DNA of 64,000 nt from an uncultured Acidimicrobiales bacterium (GTDB lineage Bacteria; Actinomycetota; Acidimicrobiia; Acidimicrobiales; SZUA-35): contig CAWCAF010000035.1 of the NCBI GenBank assembly GCA_963793385.1, positions 54,322 to 118,321 on the forward strand. The letters run 5' to 3'. Under the pieces are notes generated by a model, which did no database searches, was not told the DNA's origin, and worked only from the letters and a program-made list of their open reading frames with translations. A program made the translations under genes and the position numbers. Shown one piece after another: positions 43,582 to 53,533 of this stretch (position 1 is the first letter of the stretch; each line of letters opens with the position of its first letter).

Positions 43582-44436
43582 TCATGGGCGCCTCGCCCTT
43601 TTCCTGCGTCGTAGTTCTTTGGCGATCCGGCGCCGCACTCTCGCATAGGAGGGCGGAGCGCCCCGCTGCAACGGCCGGCCGCCCACCAGGACCTCATCGG
43701 ATCGGCCGCATCGGATCATCGTGTCACGGTCCGAGGTGTCGATCGTGGTGAGATGGACCTCGGTGCCCAACTCCTCGGCCGCCCGGCGGGCCCGTTCGTA
43801 GACCAGGTTGGCGGCCGGGCACCACCCGTTCTTGAAAGCGATCACCTCGATGCCATCGGCCTCGATCGCCGGCGGGGGCTGCTGGTCGATCCAATGGGGT
43901 TCGGGAGCGTCAGGGACGAAGGGTTTCCACACCAGCTGACGCATCCCGGTCCGGTCGACGCGGCGATAGCCGTGTTTCTTGAACCACGACGCCTTCATCC
44001 ACACCGGGATCGAGAGCCCCCAGGCCGCCATCCCGGTCGCCCCCAGGGCGCGGGCATCTTCCTCGGCGGCGGCCAGCAGCGCCGATCCGATCCCCCGGCC
44101 CTGAGCGTCGCCGACGCCTTCTTCATATCCATGGACCCAGACGCATAGGACCATGTAGACCCCCTCACCCTGGGCCGGCGACAGCTCGACGGGAGCGTAC
44201 TGGATCATGCCAAGGGGGCGATCTCGGTGATCGAGGGCCAGTTTGACACGCAGGCCCTGGTCTTGCGCCTTCTCGTACCAGCGGGCCTTGTGATCACCGG
44301 CCTCGTCCATCTCCGAGGACCAGTCCTCCAGGCACACGAGGTACGAGCCCAGGTGGCGATCGGGAAGATCGACGACCTGCACCGGACCCGAAGGATGGTG
44401 TTGATGTTGTGGCACGAACATGCTCGTAGCGTCCAC
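43582..44436 (-). CDS. GNAT N-acetyltransferase fused to a thioredoxin/glutaredoxin-like C-terminal domain
   Basis: Intact 284 aa. The GNAT core is QGRGIGSALLAAAEEDARALG. The C-terminal domain (IEVIAFKNGWCPAANLVYERARRAAEELGTEV..) resembles a Trx fold with WCPA in place of CxxC. Confidence 0.55.
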   Translation of the reverse strand: MDATSMFVPQHQHHPSGPVQVVDLPDRHLGSYLVCLEDWSSEMDEAGDHKARWYEKAQDQGLRVKLALDHRDRPLGMIQYAPVELSPAQGEGVYMVLCVWVHGYEEGVGDAQGRGIGSALLAAAEEDARALGATGMAAWGLSIPVWMKASWFKKHGYRRVDRTGMRQLVWKPFVPDAPEPHWIDQQPPPAIEADGIEVIAFKNGWCPAANLVYERARRAAEELGTEVHLTTIDTSDRDTMIRCGRSDEVLVGGRPLQRGAPPSYARVRRRIAKELRRRKRARRP

Positions 44437-44757
44437 CCCGCCGGCGAACCTGGCCAGAGCACTAGGGCAGCTTCTTCAGCGATACGTTGAGGATCGATCC
44501 CCGTGACTCCATACCGGATGCAGCAACAGCCATGTCGATCAAAGAGCGCCTGACCGGGGGTGATCCTCGGACCCTCCACAACGTCGACACCGTTGTCGAC
44601 CTGGTGCTGGCCGAGTTCGGGTAGGCCAGGGGTGGGATTTCATCACCCATCGCCACGCAACATCTCCGTCGGTGTCGCCCGCAACGCAGATCGAGAACGG
44701 CCGAGCTCGGGACCCACGACCCTTCCCGCGGTTCGCCTGGTCTCATAGCTTCGACCC

Positions 44758-45534
44758 ATGAGGTCGATCATCGCGACGCTCAGGCCGAAACGCACCACGT
44801 CCGGACCACCGGACCCCGCGATCACATCCCCATCACCTGGCGACATCGCCTCAGCCGACGTCGGGCCGTACCTTCTCACGGGCCTGGCCGCCCTCGCTGC
44901 TGCGAGCCTGTTGCGCTGGGCGGGCGACGACTCCTTCGGACGGTACTTCGGGCCGGTCCCACCCGAACCGGTAATCCTTGCGACAGCCGGCGCAGGCGTG
45001 GTCTCGCTGCGCGTGTTGGCCCGTCACGGCTGGCCACGAACTGCCGAAACACCCGGACTCGGCACTGGTGCACGCCGGTCCGTCGGCGCCGCGTTCGTGT
45101 TCGCCGCAATCGTGATCCCGTTCGATCTGACACTCCGGTTTCCCGAGGGCATCAACGCTCCCTGGCCGCAGTCCGTGCTGTTCTACCCGGCCATCGCCTT
45201 CGTGGCCGAGACCGTGTTCCACCTCGTGCCCCTGGCCGTGTTGGTCGGGCTCGGCGACCGCAGAGGTCGTCCCATCAAGAGAGGGAGGCGTCGCCGGTGG
45301 CCGGTCGTGGCCGCGATCGCATCGATCGAGGCGGTTTTCCAGGTCGTCGCCGCCATCTCGGGATCCAGCGCCGGACTGCTGGTCTTCCTGGCCTTCCATC
45401 TCTTTGCGTTCGGCGTCGTCGCACTCGTGACCTTCCGGCGGTACGGGTTCGTCCCGATGTACGCCCTTCGCCTCTGCTACTACGCGCTGTGGCACGTCGC
45501 CTGGGGTCATGCCCGACTCGGGCTTCTGTTCTGA
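44758..45534 (+). CDS. Polytopic membrane protein, possibly a CPBP-family intramembrane protease
   Basis: Intact 258 aa with 6-7 hydrophobic segments. E..xH-like (AETVFH) and FH..xF motifs are weakly reminiscent of CPBP. Confidence 0.4.
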   Translation: MRSIIATLRPKRTTSGPPDPAITSPSPGDIASADVGPYLLTGLAALAAASLLRWAGDDSFGRYFGPVPPEPVILATAGAGVVSLRVLARHGWPRTAETPGLGTGARRSVGAAFVFAAIVIPFDLTLRFPEGINAPWPQSVLFYPAIAFVAETVFHLVPLAVLVGLGDRRGRPIKRGRRRRWPVVAAIASIEAVFQVVAAISGSSAGLLVFLAFHLFAFGVVALVTFRRYGFVPMYALRLCYYALWHVAWGHARLGLLF

Positions 45535-45601
45535 TCCACACCTTCGGTGTGATGACCTTGGCCCCTTGCCAGCAGCCAACGCACGGATCGAGGGTCGTTC
45601 C

Positions 45602-46069
45602 ATGGCCACCATCACCCCCCAAATCGTCGAAATCGAAGAACAGGAAGCGCTCGCGTTCCGCGGCGAAGTGATGATCCCGGAAATGCCGGACTTCTTCGGC
45701 AAGGCCTTCACGGCGGTGTGGGCTGCGGCCGGACAGGCCGGAGTCGAGATCATCGGTCCGCCGTTCGCCTTCTACCCCGCCATGCCCACCGACACCGTCA
45801 TCATTGAGGCCGGCGCACCGGTGGCGTCGGCGCCGGAGGACATCCCCGGCGAGGTCCACCGGCTCGTCCTACCGGGCGGCCGGGCCGTCGTGGCCATCCA
45901 CATCGGCCCGTACGAAACGATGGAGAAGACCTACGCCGCGCTGCAGGCTTGGATGGCCCAGAACGGTGTGGTCCCGGCGGCCGGAATGTGGGAGATCTAC
46001 CTGACCGACCCCGAGACCGAGCCCGACTCCTCGAAGTGGCAGACGAAGATCGTGTGGCCGATCGCCTGA
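45602..46069 (+). CDS. GyrI-like / AraC effector-binding-domain small-molecule-binding protein
   Basis: Intact 155 aa. The layout ..ALAFRGEV....FFGKAF..VW......G..IIGPPFAFY....IEAG.PV....VLPGGRAVV.IHIGPYE.M..TY.AL..WM is typical of GyrI-like domains. Confidence 0.6.
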   Translation: MATITPQIVEIEEQEALAFRGEVMIPEMPDFFGKAFTAVWAAAGQAGVEIIGPPFAFYPAMPTDTVIIEAGAPVASAPEDIPGEVHRLVLPGGRAVVAIHIGPYETMEKTYAALQAWMAQNGVVPAAGMWEIYLTDPETEPDSSKWQTKIVWPIA

Positions 46070-46181
46070 CCGTTCCCAACGGGCGGGCCGGCACCTGGTT
46101 GAGAGGCATCAGCTACTTCGCCGTTCGGATGCTGGAGGAGTTCGCTCCGGTCATAGACGCTAACGCGTGACCGGACGGCGA

Positions 46182-46677
46182 TCAGTCAGATTTCCGGTGG
46201 GCGTCGATCTCGGCCCGAAGTTGGGGCGGGATGTCCACCTGGGTCATGGCGTCGCGATGTATCGACAACCGATCGGTGACCGTTTCTGGATCAGGCAGCG
46301 ACAGCACCGACAACACCAGCGCGGCCGAGCCGGTTTCCACCCGTCCGGCCACCGTGTTCAGGACGGCATCCAGATCCTCGGCGGCCTTCTCCACCGCCTT
46401 CTTCGCAGCTACGCCACCGATGGCCAGAGCGCCGAGCACGGGCAGACCGACGATCGCTCCGGCAGCCAGGCCGATCACGGCGCCGACGGCCGGCTTGGTC
46501 GTCACCTCGCTGGTCCCCATCGGCGTCACGCTCACCTCGCCGCCCTCGGCCCGGGTGATGAGGGCAGCGTCTTCGAAGTTCGATGAATCCCTCGGCTTCG
46601 AGCGATCCGATGGTCGACATCGTGGCCTCGGCGGCATCAGCGGTGTCGAAATGGAGGACAACCAGTTGGTTCTGCAT
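46182..46677 (-). CDS. DUF1269-like membrane protein (one frame change near 46580)
   Basis: MQNQLVVLHFDTADAAEATMSTIGSLEAEGFIE is followed by FEDAALITRAEGGEVSV and a Gly-rich TM segment (GAVIGLAAGAIVGLPVLGALAIGG). Confidence 0.55.
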
Positions 46678-46790
46678 GCCACACGCTCCGTTCGGTCGCC
46701 CCGATCCTCGCACAGCCGGTCGACCAAACCAACTCGGCGTCAGCGGCTTGCCTACCGCCTCCCCCGAAGGTCCTGGTGATGTGACCGGGT

Positions 46791-48826
46791 TCAGCGGGCG
46801 GGGGTGCCGATGAGCAGCTGGATCGAATCGGGTTCGGCGTCTTCGAATTCGCCCGGTTGCCAGGTCATGCGGCCGATGATCACCGCGTCTTCGCCGACCG
46901 CCAGCTGCTGATCCGAACCCTGGGCGTCGACCGGGACCGGTGTGGTCTCGAACCAGGTCTCGCTCGGGAGTCTTCAGGAACAGCACCTTGCGGACCTGCT
47001 GGTCGATCGCCTGGGTCTGGGCGTCGTAGGCGGCGTACACGTCGTCGTCGGGGATCATCACCACCAGCCGGCCGTCGGCATCGTAGAACGACGGTGGCAC
47101 CGTCGCGGTAGATCACCGGTGGGGCGCCGGCGGGGTTCTCGATCTGATCCCAGGTGAGCGCCAGCACCACCTCACCGGTGCCGGCCTCGATGATCTCGAC
47201 CGCCCATTCGGGGCCGAAGCGGGCCGTCCTCCCGCCGACGGTGACGGCCAGCCATGGGGTCGTGTTGGCCGGGTAGATCGTCCCCGACACCGCCGTGCCC
47301 AGAGGACCGGCGCCGATCAGCTCGAGCCAGGCCTCCCGACCGTCACTCTGGACACCGATCGACAGCTCCTCCCGCCACGTCAAACCGTCGGTCGACGACA
47401 CCGCACCGCGACCCCCGACCCCGTCGGCCAGCGCGGCCAGCGTGTCGGGCAGGGCGACGATCTGGCTCAGGCCCTCGGGTCCGATCGTGCCGACGTTCTC
47501 CCACGATCGACCGTCGTCGGACACCCAGGCCATCCGGTTACTTCCGCTCCCGTAGTGCTCGACGACCGTGATGACGAAACGCCCGTCGACCGCGGTCACC
47601 GCTTCGAGATGGCTGTTGGGTGCGAGGTTGAGCGTCCGGACCTCCCACGTGACCGAGTCGGCGCTGAAGAACACCACGGTCTCGGTTTCGTGGGGCTCAT
47701 GGCCCTCGACATTCTCCTCCCATGAACGGCTCATCATCTCGTCCCACTCGCCCCAGGTCAGCGCGAGAATGACCTCGCCGGTCTGGTCGTCGAGGAACCT
47801 TGGGCCGACGCCCCGGTAGAGGTCCTCGAGGCTGCCTCCGATCACCTCACCCGATTCGAGCCGGACGATCTCGAAGACACCATTCACGTCGTCGATGGTG
47901 ATTCTGAGCCCGTCGTACTCGAGTGAGGGTGGCTCGGCCGAGGGGTCGACCGGCACCGCGATGGGCAGTGGGCTCGAACCCGGGTAGAGCTCGCTCCAGC
48001 GCTCCCACGGCACTTCGGCGAGCACATCGCCGGTGCCGGGGTCGTAGAGGATCTGGCCGGTTTCGCTCCAGCGGTAGATGTCCGACGTCGGCCCTGAACT
48101 GCGCATCCGGCCGGTGGCCTCCTCGGTCACGACATAGGTGCCGGTGTTGTCATCGATCTCGATGCGGAAGCCAAGTGTCGACAGGATCGTCGGCTCGATC
48201 GGAATGTAGGGTTGGCGGTCACCGGCCAGGACCAGTCCGGCGTCGGTGGCGGCTGCCCCGTAGAAGTACAGCGAGGAGTCGGGGTCGGTGGGCAATCCGA
48301 GCTCCCTGACCTCCCACCCCGAACCGTCGTCGATCCAGAGGCGGGGCTCTCCAGGACCGGTGGGGTCGGCGCTCGAGCCCAGCGCGATGAGTCGGTCACC
48401 AACCGAGAGCACCTGGTGAATCCAGGCGTCGGTGAACACGGTCTCGATTCGTTCCCAGGAGACGGTGTCGGCCGACCGCCACTGCAGCACGGTCTGGGAA
48501 TCACCTTCGGGGTCCCAGGCGATGGCGGTGGCGACGAACTCTCCGTCGACGGCCACCAGCGACATGAGCCACGCGTTGGTGGTGTCCTGTTCGAGCTCGA
48601 CGGTCCGCCAGTCCATGGGCAGGAGGGGGAGGTGGGAGATTACCTGGACCTCGGTCTGGCCCACGGCGGCGCTGGGGGCGGCCGCCAGCGAGGTCAGGAC
48701 CGGTTCAGCAATGGTGGTCGTGGTGGCGGCATCGTCGGGCACCGGGTCGTCGGCGACGCAGCCCGCGGCAGCCAAAACGAGGGCGAACGCAACGGCGACC
48801 GTGCGGACGACTCGTGAACTCCTCAT
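46791..48826 (-). CDS. Large lipoprotein with internal repeats (two frame changes near the 3' end)
   Basis: The lipobox is LVLAAAGC. A module TG[ED]V[IVL]LA..W occurs three times. The C-terminus continues in ORF 46291..47100 and a third frame, and ends at 46791. Confidence 0.55.
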
Positions 48827-48892
48827 GAGATGATCGTGCGCCCGGCGGGTGCACTCGATAGAGCAAAAGGTCAGATCGCAAATGCGGGGATC

Positions 48893-49693
48893 TCAGACCT
48901 TGTGAGCAACCAGCTGGTGTGAACAGAACGGGAGCACGTGAGAACCCCCGCTGCGACGAAATGCGGCCAGGTTCTGGACGAAATACTCAGCCAGACGCTT
49001 CTGTTCGCCGTCGCCCAGGCGTGCGATCGCAGGAGCCCACGGCGTCGTTGCCGTCTGGGCCAGAAAGAACGAAGCCAGGTCGGCGATCTCGACCTGGTGT
49101 TCGAGGAGCGACACGGTGAAGGCGGCGAACCCGGCCTGCTTTGCAATCGATTCCAGTCGTTGGCGTGCATCGGGTGGGGTGGCTGCCTGGACCGATGCCG
49201 CCAGCGTCGGATCGAGTTGTGCCAGCAGCTCGAGCTGTGTCTCGATGTACGGATTCCGGCCCGGTGTTGCCCACACGGTTGCGGCCAGGACGCCGCCATC
49301 GTGCAGTGCCCGCAGAGCTTCGGCGGCGGCGGCCACCGGATCGGCGAAGAACTGGAAACCCTGCTGGCACAGCACATGGGTGAACGATGCGTCCTCGAAG
49401 GGCATGCTTTCTGCCGGGGACTCGAACCATTCCATCCCCGGCCCACCGAGTGAACGGGCGACGGCGAGCATGGTGGGGTTGACATCGATGCCGACAACGC
49501 GCCCGCCGGGTGAGACACGGCGCAACGCGGCGCGTGCCACCAGCCCGGTTCCACACGCCACGTCGAGCACGGCGTCACCGGCGATCACCCCGGCGCCAGC
49601 CACGATCAGCTCAGCGGACGGCCCCATGAACGCTGCGGTGTGAGCTTGGTAGCCCCCGGCTTGACCTCCGGCGAGCTGAAACCCCGAAGCCAT
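48893..49693 (-). CDS. Class I SAM-dependent methyltransferase
   Basis: Intact from the ATG at 49693. Motif I is VLDVACGTGLV and the post-I motif is VVGIDVN. Confidence 0.75.
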   Translation of the reverse strand: MASGFQLAGGQAGGYQAHTAAFMGPSAELIVAGAGVIAGDAVLDVACGTGLVARAALRRVSPGGRVVGIDVNPTMLAVARSLGGPGMEWFESPAESMPFEDASFTHVLCQQGFQFFADPVAAAAEALRALHDGGVLAATVWATPGRNPYIETQLELLAQLDPTLAASVQAATPPDARQRLESIAKQAGFAAFTVSLLEHQVEIADLASFFLAQTATTPWAPAIARLGDGEQKRLAEYFVQNLAAFRRSGGSHVLPFCSHQLVAHKV

Positions 49694-49954
49694 CGATTGC
49701 CTCCATTCTCGTTGTGAAGAGCCGAAAGCTACACCCGTCTTGACCGGGCCGCTGGTCAGGCGCATGCCTACGTCGCCAACAATCCCCACGACCGGTTTTC
49801 ACCATCGCAACAGCGCTCATCCTGCGTTCTATCTCCTGCAATTGCGGGGTCTCCGCCGGACCGTCACGCCCGGGCCGGGTCCTCGATCAGCGATCTTCTG
49901 AGCCGAGGACCTAGGCACCTACCCCTGCGGCAGCACGCTGCCCAACATAGAGGT

Positions 49955-50311
49955 ATGAATGCTCCCAACCGGGTGAAGAATACGGACAGGACGACGAACC
50001 TCGAGGTAGCGGTAACCGATGACCTCTCCGTCGACGAGATGGAGGCGATGCTCGAAGAGGTGGCAGCGGACATGGGCCTGTACTTCTCCCACATCACGAC
50101 CCTGGGCACGAAGCGGTACCCCGGCAATCGCCATTGGCATCTGAAGCAGAACCCGAAGACGTCGGGTTGTCTCGACGTCACCTACTGGCCTCGGGGAGCG
50201 TTGATGTGGATCTCGATGCGCAAATACGAACCCGCCTGGGTGCACGAGGCCGGGCGAGCGCTCGGGCCTGCTCTCGAGGGCCAGCTCGCTGAAAGAACGG
50301 CTGCCACGTAG
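49955..50311 (+). CDS. Hypothetical protein
   Basis: Intact 118 aa with protein-like composition (KRYPGNRHWHLK..). No family was recognised. Confidence 0.4.
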   Translation: MNAPNRVKNTDRTTNLEVAVTDDLSVDEMEAMLEEVAADMGLYFSHITTLGTKRYPGNRHWHLKQNPKTSGCLDVTYWPRGALMWISMRKYEPAWVHEAGRALGPALEGQLAERTAAT

Positions 50312-50401
50312 CCGTGACGAATGCCGGTGGGCGTTCGGTCGACTCGATGAGCATCGGGTCTGCCTAGGCTGCACGCCGGAGCCGATCAAGAAGGGTGATC
50401 C

Positions 50402-51019
50402 ATGGGCGTCTACCGCGAGCACGTGCTCCCCCGTCTGGTGGACAGAGCGTGTGGCACCGGCGAGCTGCGACGCTGGCGTAGGCAGGTGACCGCCGGCCTG
50501 TCGGGCACGGTCGTGGAGATCGGGTTCGGGTCGGGCCTCAACATGCCGGCCTACCCGCCCGAGGTGGAGCTCGTCTACGCCGTCGAGCCGGCGGCGACCG
50601 CCCGGAGGCTGGCCGAGGAACGGATCGCCGAGTCCCACGTACATGTCGAGCACGTCGCCCTTCGGGGTGAATCGATCCCCCTCGACGACGCCAGCTGTGA
50701 CGGCGCACTGTCAACCTTCACCCTATGCACGATCCCAGAAGTCGAGGTGGCGCTGGCCGAGGTCTGGCGGGTGCTCCGCCCGGGCGGTCGGTTCCACTTT
50801 CTCGAACACGGCCTGTCGCCGGACGCGCCGATCGCCGGCTGGCAACGCCGTCTGGAACCGTTCCAGAAGCGACTGGCCGACGGTTGCCATCTCACCCGTG
50901 ACCCGGCCGAACTCGTCGGTGTGGCTGGGTTCGAGATCGAACGTGTCGAATCGCGCTATGCGACCGGCCCCAAACCGTGGACATGGTTCACCGAGGGCGC
51001 CGCGATCAAGCCCGGGTGA
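50402..51019 (+). CDS. Class I SAM-dependent methyltransferase (Methyltransf_11-like)
   Basis: Intact 205 aa with VVEIGFGSGLN and LRPGGRFHFLEH. Confidence 0.75.
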   Translation: MGVYREHVLPRLVDRACGTGELRRWRRQVTAGLSGTVVEIGFGSGLNMPAYPPEVELVYAVEPAATARRLAEERIAESHVHVEHVALRGESIPLDDASCDGALSTFTLCTIPEVEVALAEVWRVLRPGGRFHFLEHGLSPDAPIAGWQRRLEPFQKRLADGCHLTRDPAELVGVAGFEIERVESRYATGPKPWTWFTEGAAIKPG

Positions 51020-51252
51020 TGGGCACCTCCCGATCACCGAGCAAGCACATGGGCCAGGCCGATCTGCTCCCCGAACGAGGCGATCGCTGTCTGGGTCAGA
51101 TGATTTCCATCGACGATACAGAGTCAATAGGTATTGCTTCTTCCTACTTGGCGGCCGGATTCGTCATTGTTGTTGAACATTGAAATACTTTGGGCCGACT
51201 TGGAGTTCAATTTCACGAACAGTGCTCGTGGAACTCGGGCATGCCAAGGTCA

Positions 51253-51266
51253 CCCCCCCCCCCCCC
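51253..51266 (+). repeat. C14 homopolymer 19 nt upstream of the FMN-reductase start codon
   Basis: Counted directly: cac(c)14gaaaggacacagaaaacgATG. Confidence 0.9.
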
Positions 51267-51284
51267 GAAAGGACACAGAAAACG

Positions 51285-51845
51285 ATGAAGATCCTCGCTT
51301 TCGCCGCCACCAGCAGTAAGAACTCGATCAACAAGAAACTGATCGGCTACGCCAGTCGACTGCTCGAAGAGGACCTCGGCCTCGACGCCATCGTGGAGAC
51401 CATCGATCTCAACGACTACGAGATGCCCATCTACAGCGTCGATCGCCAGGAGGAAGGTGGCATTCCCGAGGCGGCCCAACACTTCTTCGACAGGATCTCG
51501 GCCGCCGACGCGGTGCTGATCTCCTTCGCCGAGCACAACGGCCACTACACCGCCGCCTACAAGAACCTCTTCGACTGGACCTCGCGTATCGACATGAGGG
51601 TCTACCAGGACAAGCCGACGGTCATGCTCTCCACATCCCCGGGCGGGGGCGGCGGGGTTCGGGCCCTCGACGCAGCGCTCGCATCGGCACCGTTCTTCGG
51701 CAACGACGTCAAGGCCAGCATGTCGATCCCCGGCTTCACGGACAACTTCGACTCGGCCTCTGGCCGGCTGATCGACCCCGAACTCGACGCCCGCCTTCGG
51801 GCAACGCTCAGCGCCCTCGACCGCCAACCGTCGCCCGTAAGCTGA
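51285..51845 (+). CDS. NAD(P)H-dependent FMN reductase-family flavoprotein
   Basis: Intact 186 aa. MKILAFAATSSKNSINKKL...ISFAEHNGHYTAAYKNLFDW is typical of the NADPH-dependent FMN reductase fold. Confidence 0.75.
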   Translation: MKILAFAATSSKNSINKKLIGYASRLLEEDLGLDAIVETIDLNDYEMPIYSVDRQEEGGIPEAAQHFFDRISAADAVLISFAEHNGHYTAAYKNLFDWTSRIDMRVYQDKPTVMLSTSPGGGGGVRALDAALASAPFFGNDVKASMSIPGFTDNFDSASGRLIDPELDARLRATLSALDRQPSPVS

Positions 51846-51955
51846 CCTTCGGACGCATGCGTCGGAGGTCTACTCACCGCCCAGATCTGCTTCTCCCGAT
51901 GAAACCCGGCGTTCCGAACGGCGCCTGATACACGTCCCCTGGTGGCCAGGAGTGC

Positions 51956-52270
51956 CTATGCGGGAGGCCCACCCATCAGCTGTTCCATCATCGCCGCCCG
52001 GTCCATGACGCCCCAGTGGGCGATGGCCTTGTCGTCACGAAACTGCAGGATGTCGATGGCGTCGATGGCGAACTGATTCCCCGTGGCCGGCATGCCCATG
52101 AACTCTCCCCGGTGCGTTCCGGCCATCGTGATGCGGGCCACGACCTTGTCGCCCTCCTGCAGCATCTCGTGAACGTCCACGCGGAAGTCCGGAAAGGCGG
52201 CGTGCATCATCTTGAACAGCTTCCCGAAAATCGTGTCCAGCCCACCTTCCCGGTGGATTCAGCACGACAG
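51956..52270 (-). pseudogene. SnoaL-like ester cyclase, 5'-degenerate (in-frame TGA at 52259-52261; no start codon upstream)
   Basis: AFPDFRVDVHEMLQEGDKVVARITMAGTHRGEFMGMPATGNQFAIDAIDILQFRDDKAIAHWGVMD matches the ester-cyclase family. The upstream homology runs through a TGA, and no ATG/GTG/TTG is in frame above it. Confidence 0.6.
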
Positions 52271-52307
52271 AACGGGGTTGATGTGGACTGACGACGACAG
52301 AAGACCC
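52227..52307 (+). repeat. Copy A of an ~80-bp imperfect direct repeat
   Basis: Manual alignment with 54858..54937 gives about 82% identity. Identical blocks are ggtggattcagcacg, atgtggact and cgacgacagaa. Confidence 0.8.
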
Positions 52308-52358
52308 AGCGGATCGGTACGAGAATCCAGGACAACGCGGTCATCGGCCCGTGTCCCG

Positions 52359-53366
52359 CTAGGAACCGTCCTCGATCAGTCGTGCGATCTCGTCACGTTC
52401 GGGCATGGGCAGCAACCGGCCTCGGGGATCGCGCACGCCCTCTCCTTCTTCGATCATGCCGATGACCGACACGGGCCGTTTCGGCGCGCTGAGACCGGCC
52501 AGCGCAGCGGGGGCGTCGTCGGGATCGAAGGTGGCCAGGAGTGCGCCCGAGGCCAGGGTGGCCCAGGGGTCGATGCCGAGCTGCTCGGCAGAGGGCGACG
52601 CCGGGTTCGAACCAGATCACAGCCTCGGGATCGATCCGTAGGGCGACGCCGGAGGCCAGGGCAAGCTCGTTCAGGGCGCTCTGGAGACCGCCTTCGGTGG
52701 GGTCGTGCATCGCGGTCGCTCCGAGTGCGGCCGCTGCCAGGGCGGCGTCCACGACGCTGATGCCGGGGTCGTCGCGTGCGGCGGTGGCCCTCTCGATGAT
52801 CGGCGAGCTGACAGCGATCGGGTCGAGAAGCGTCGTTCGCGGCCAGCACGGCCGCTCCCTCGATGGGTACACCCCCGATCTGCACCACCAGGTCGCCGGG
52901 TCGGGCGCCACCTGTCGTGACCACCTTCACCATCGAGGGCGAGGCCGAGCATCGTCCCGACGATGACGGGTTGGATCACTGCGGCGGTGACCTCGGTGTG
53001 ACCCCCGACGAGAATCGCTCCCACTTGGCCGACGGCACGGTGGAGGTCACCGAAGAGCGTACGAACCTGCTCCTCGGTAGTGCCCAGGGGTAGAAGCACC
53101 GTGGCCAGGAACCATGCGGGTCTGACGCCCATGACGGCAACGTCGTTGGCGTTGACGATCACCGCGAAACGGGCGATGTCGGTCCCGGTGAGGGTGATCG
53201 GATCCGACGCCGCCACGAGGGCACCGGCATCGACATCGATGACACATGCATCCTCGCCGACCCCGGGACCGACCCGAACCTCGGCGGGCTGTGGCCCCAG
53301 TTGCCCGAGGACCTCGCTCAAGAGGCGGGCGGGCAGCTTTCCTTGCGCGAGACGACCAGCTGCCAT
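52359..53366 (-). CDS. AIR-synthase-related (PurM/HypE/ThiL-fold) protein (3-4 frame changes)
   Basis: VGPGVGEDACVIDV..LVAASDPITL..ARFAVIVNANDVAVMGVRP and VGGHTEV are followed by C-terminal-domain segments in other frames. The N-terminal Cys/Sec-Gly-x-Lys motif of SelD is absent. Confidence 0.6.
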
Positions 53367-53533
53367 GGGGATAGAGCCGATCAGTCGAGGACCATCGGCG
53401 GTAGAGCCCAAGGTCCTCGGTCGCACGCCGATCCCGCAGGACTCTCGCCCGAACAGCCAGACTGGGCCCGTGGCGCTCAGCGTGAGACACCGAGGGAGCG
53501 AACGGCTCGGGCAGCCGGCGGCGGGTCGTCATC

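Noticed and set aside
44532-44624. 30-codon ORF MSIKERLTGGDPRTLHNVDTVVDLVLAEFG, reminiscent of the N-terminus of HEAT-repeat/DNA-alkylation-repair-like proteins
   Set aside because: It is too short, and the resemblance rests on memory of a loose pattern. It may be a gene stub but cannot be supported.
51285-51845. FMN reductase as the missing BtrV-like partner of the island LLM
   Set aside because: It lies 33 kb from the island in native-composition DNA, so there is no linkage evidence.
52240-52275. Possible selenocysteine codon: a shared in-frame TGA followed by a small hairpin in both 80-bp repeat copies, next to a PurM-fold gene
   Set aside because: No start codon is in frame upstream of the TGA in copy A. 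Copy B has further stops. The hairpin is only 5 bp and lacks known bacterial SECIS features. The neighbouring AIR-synthase-like protein lacks the SelD N-terminal motif. No selA/selB/selC genes are seen.
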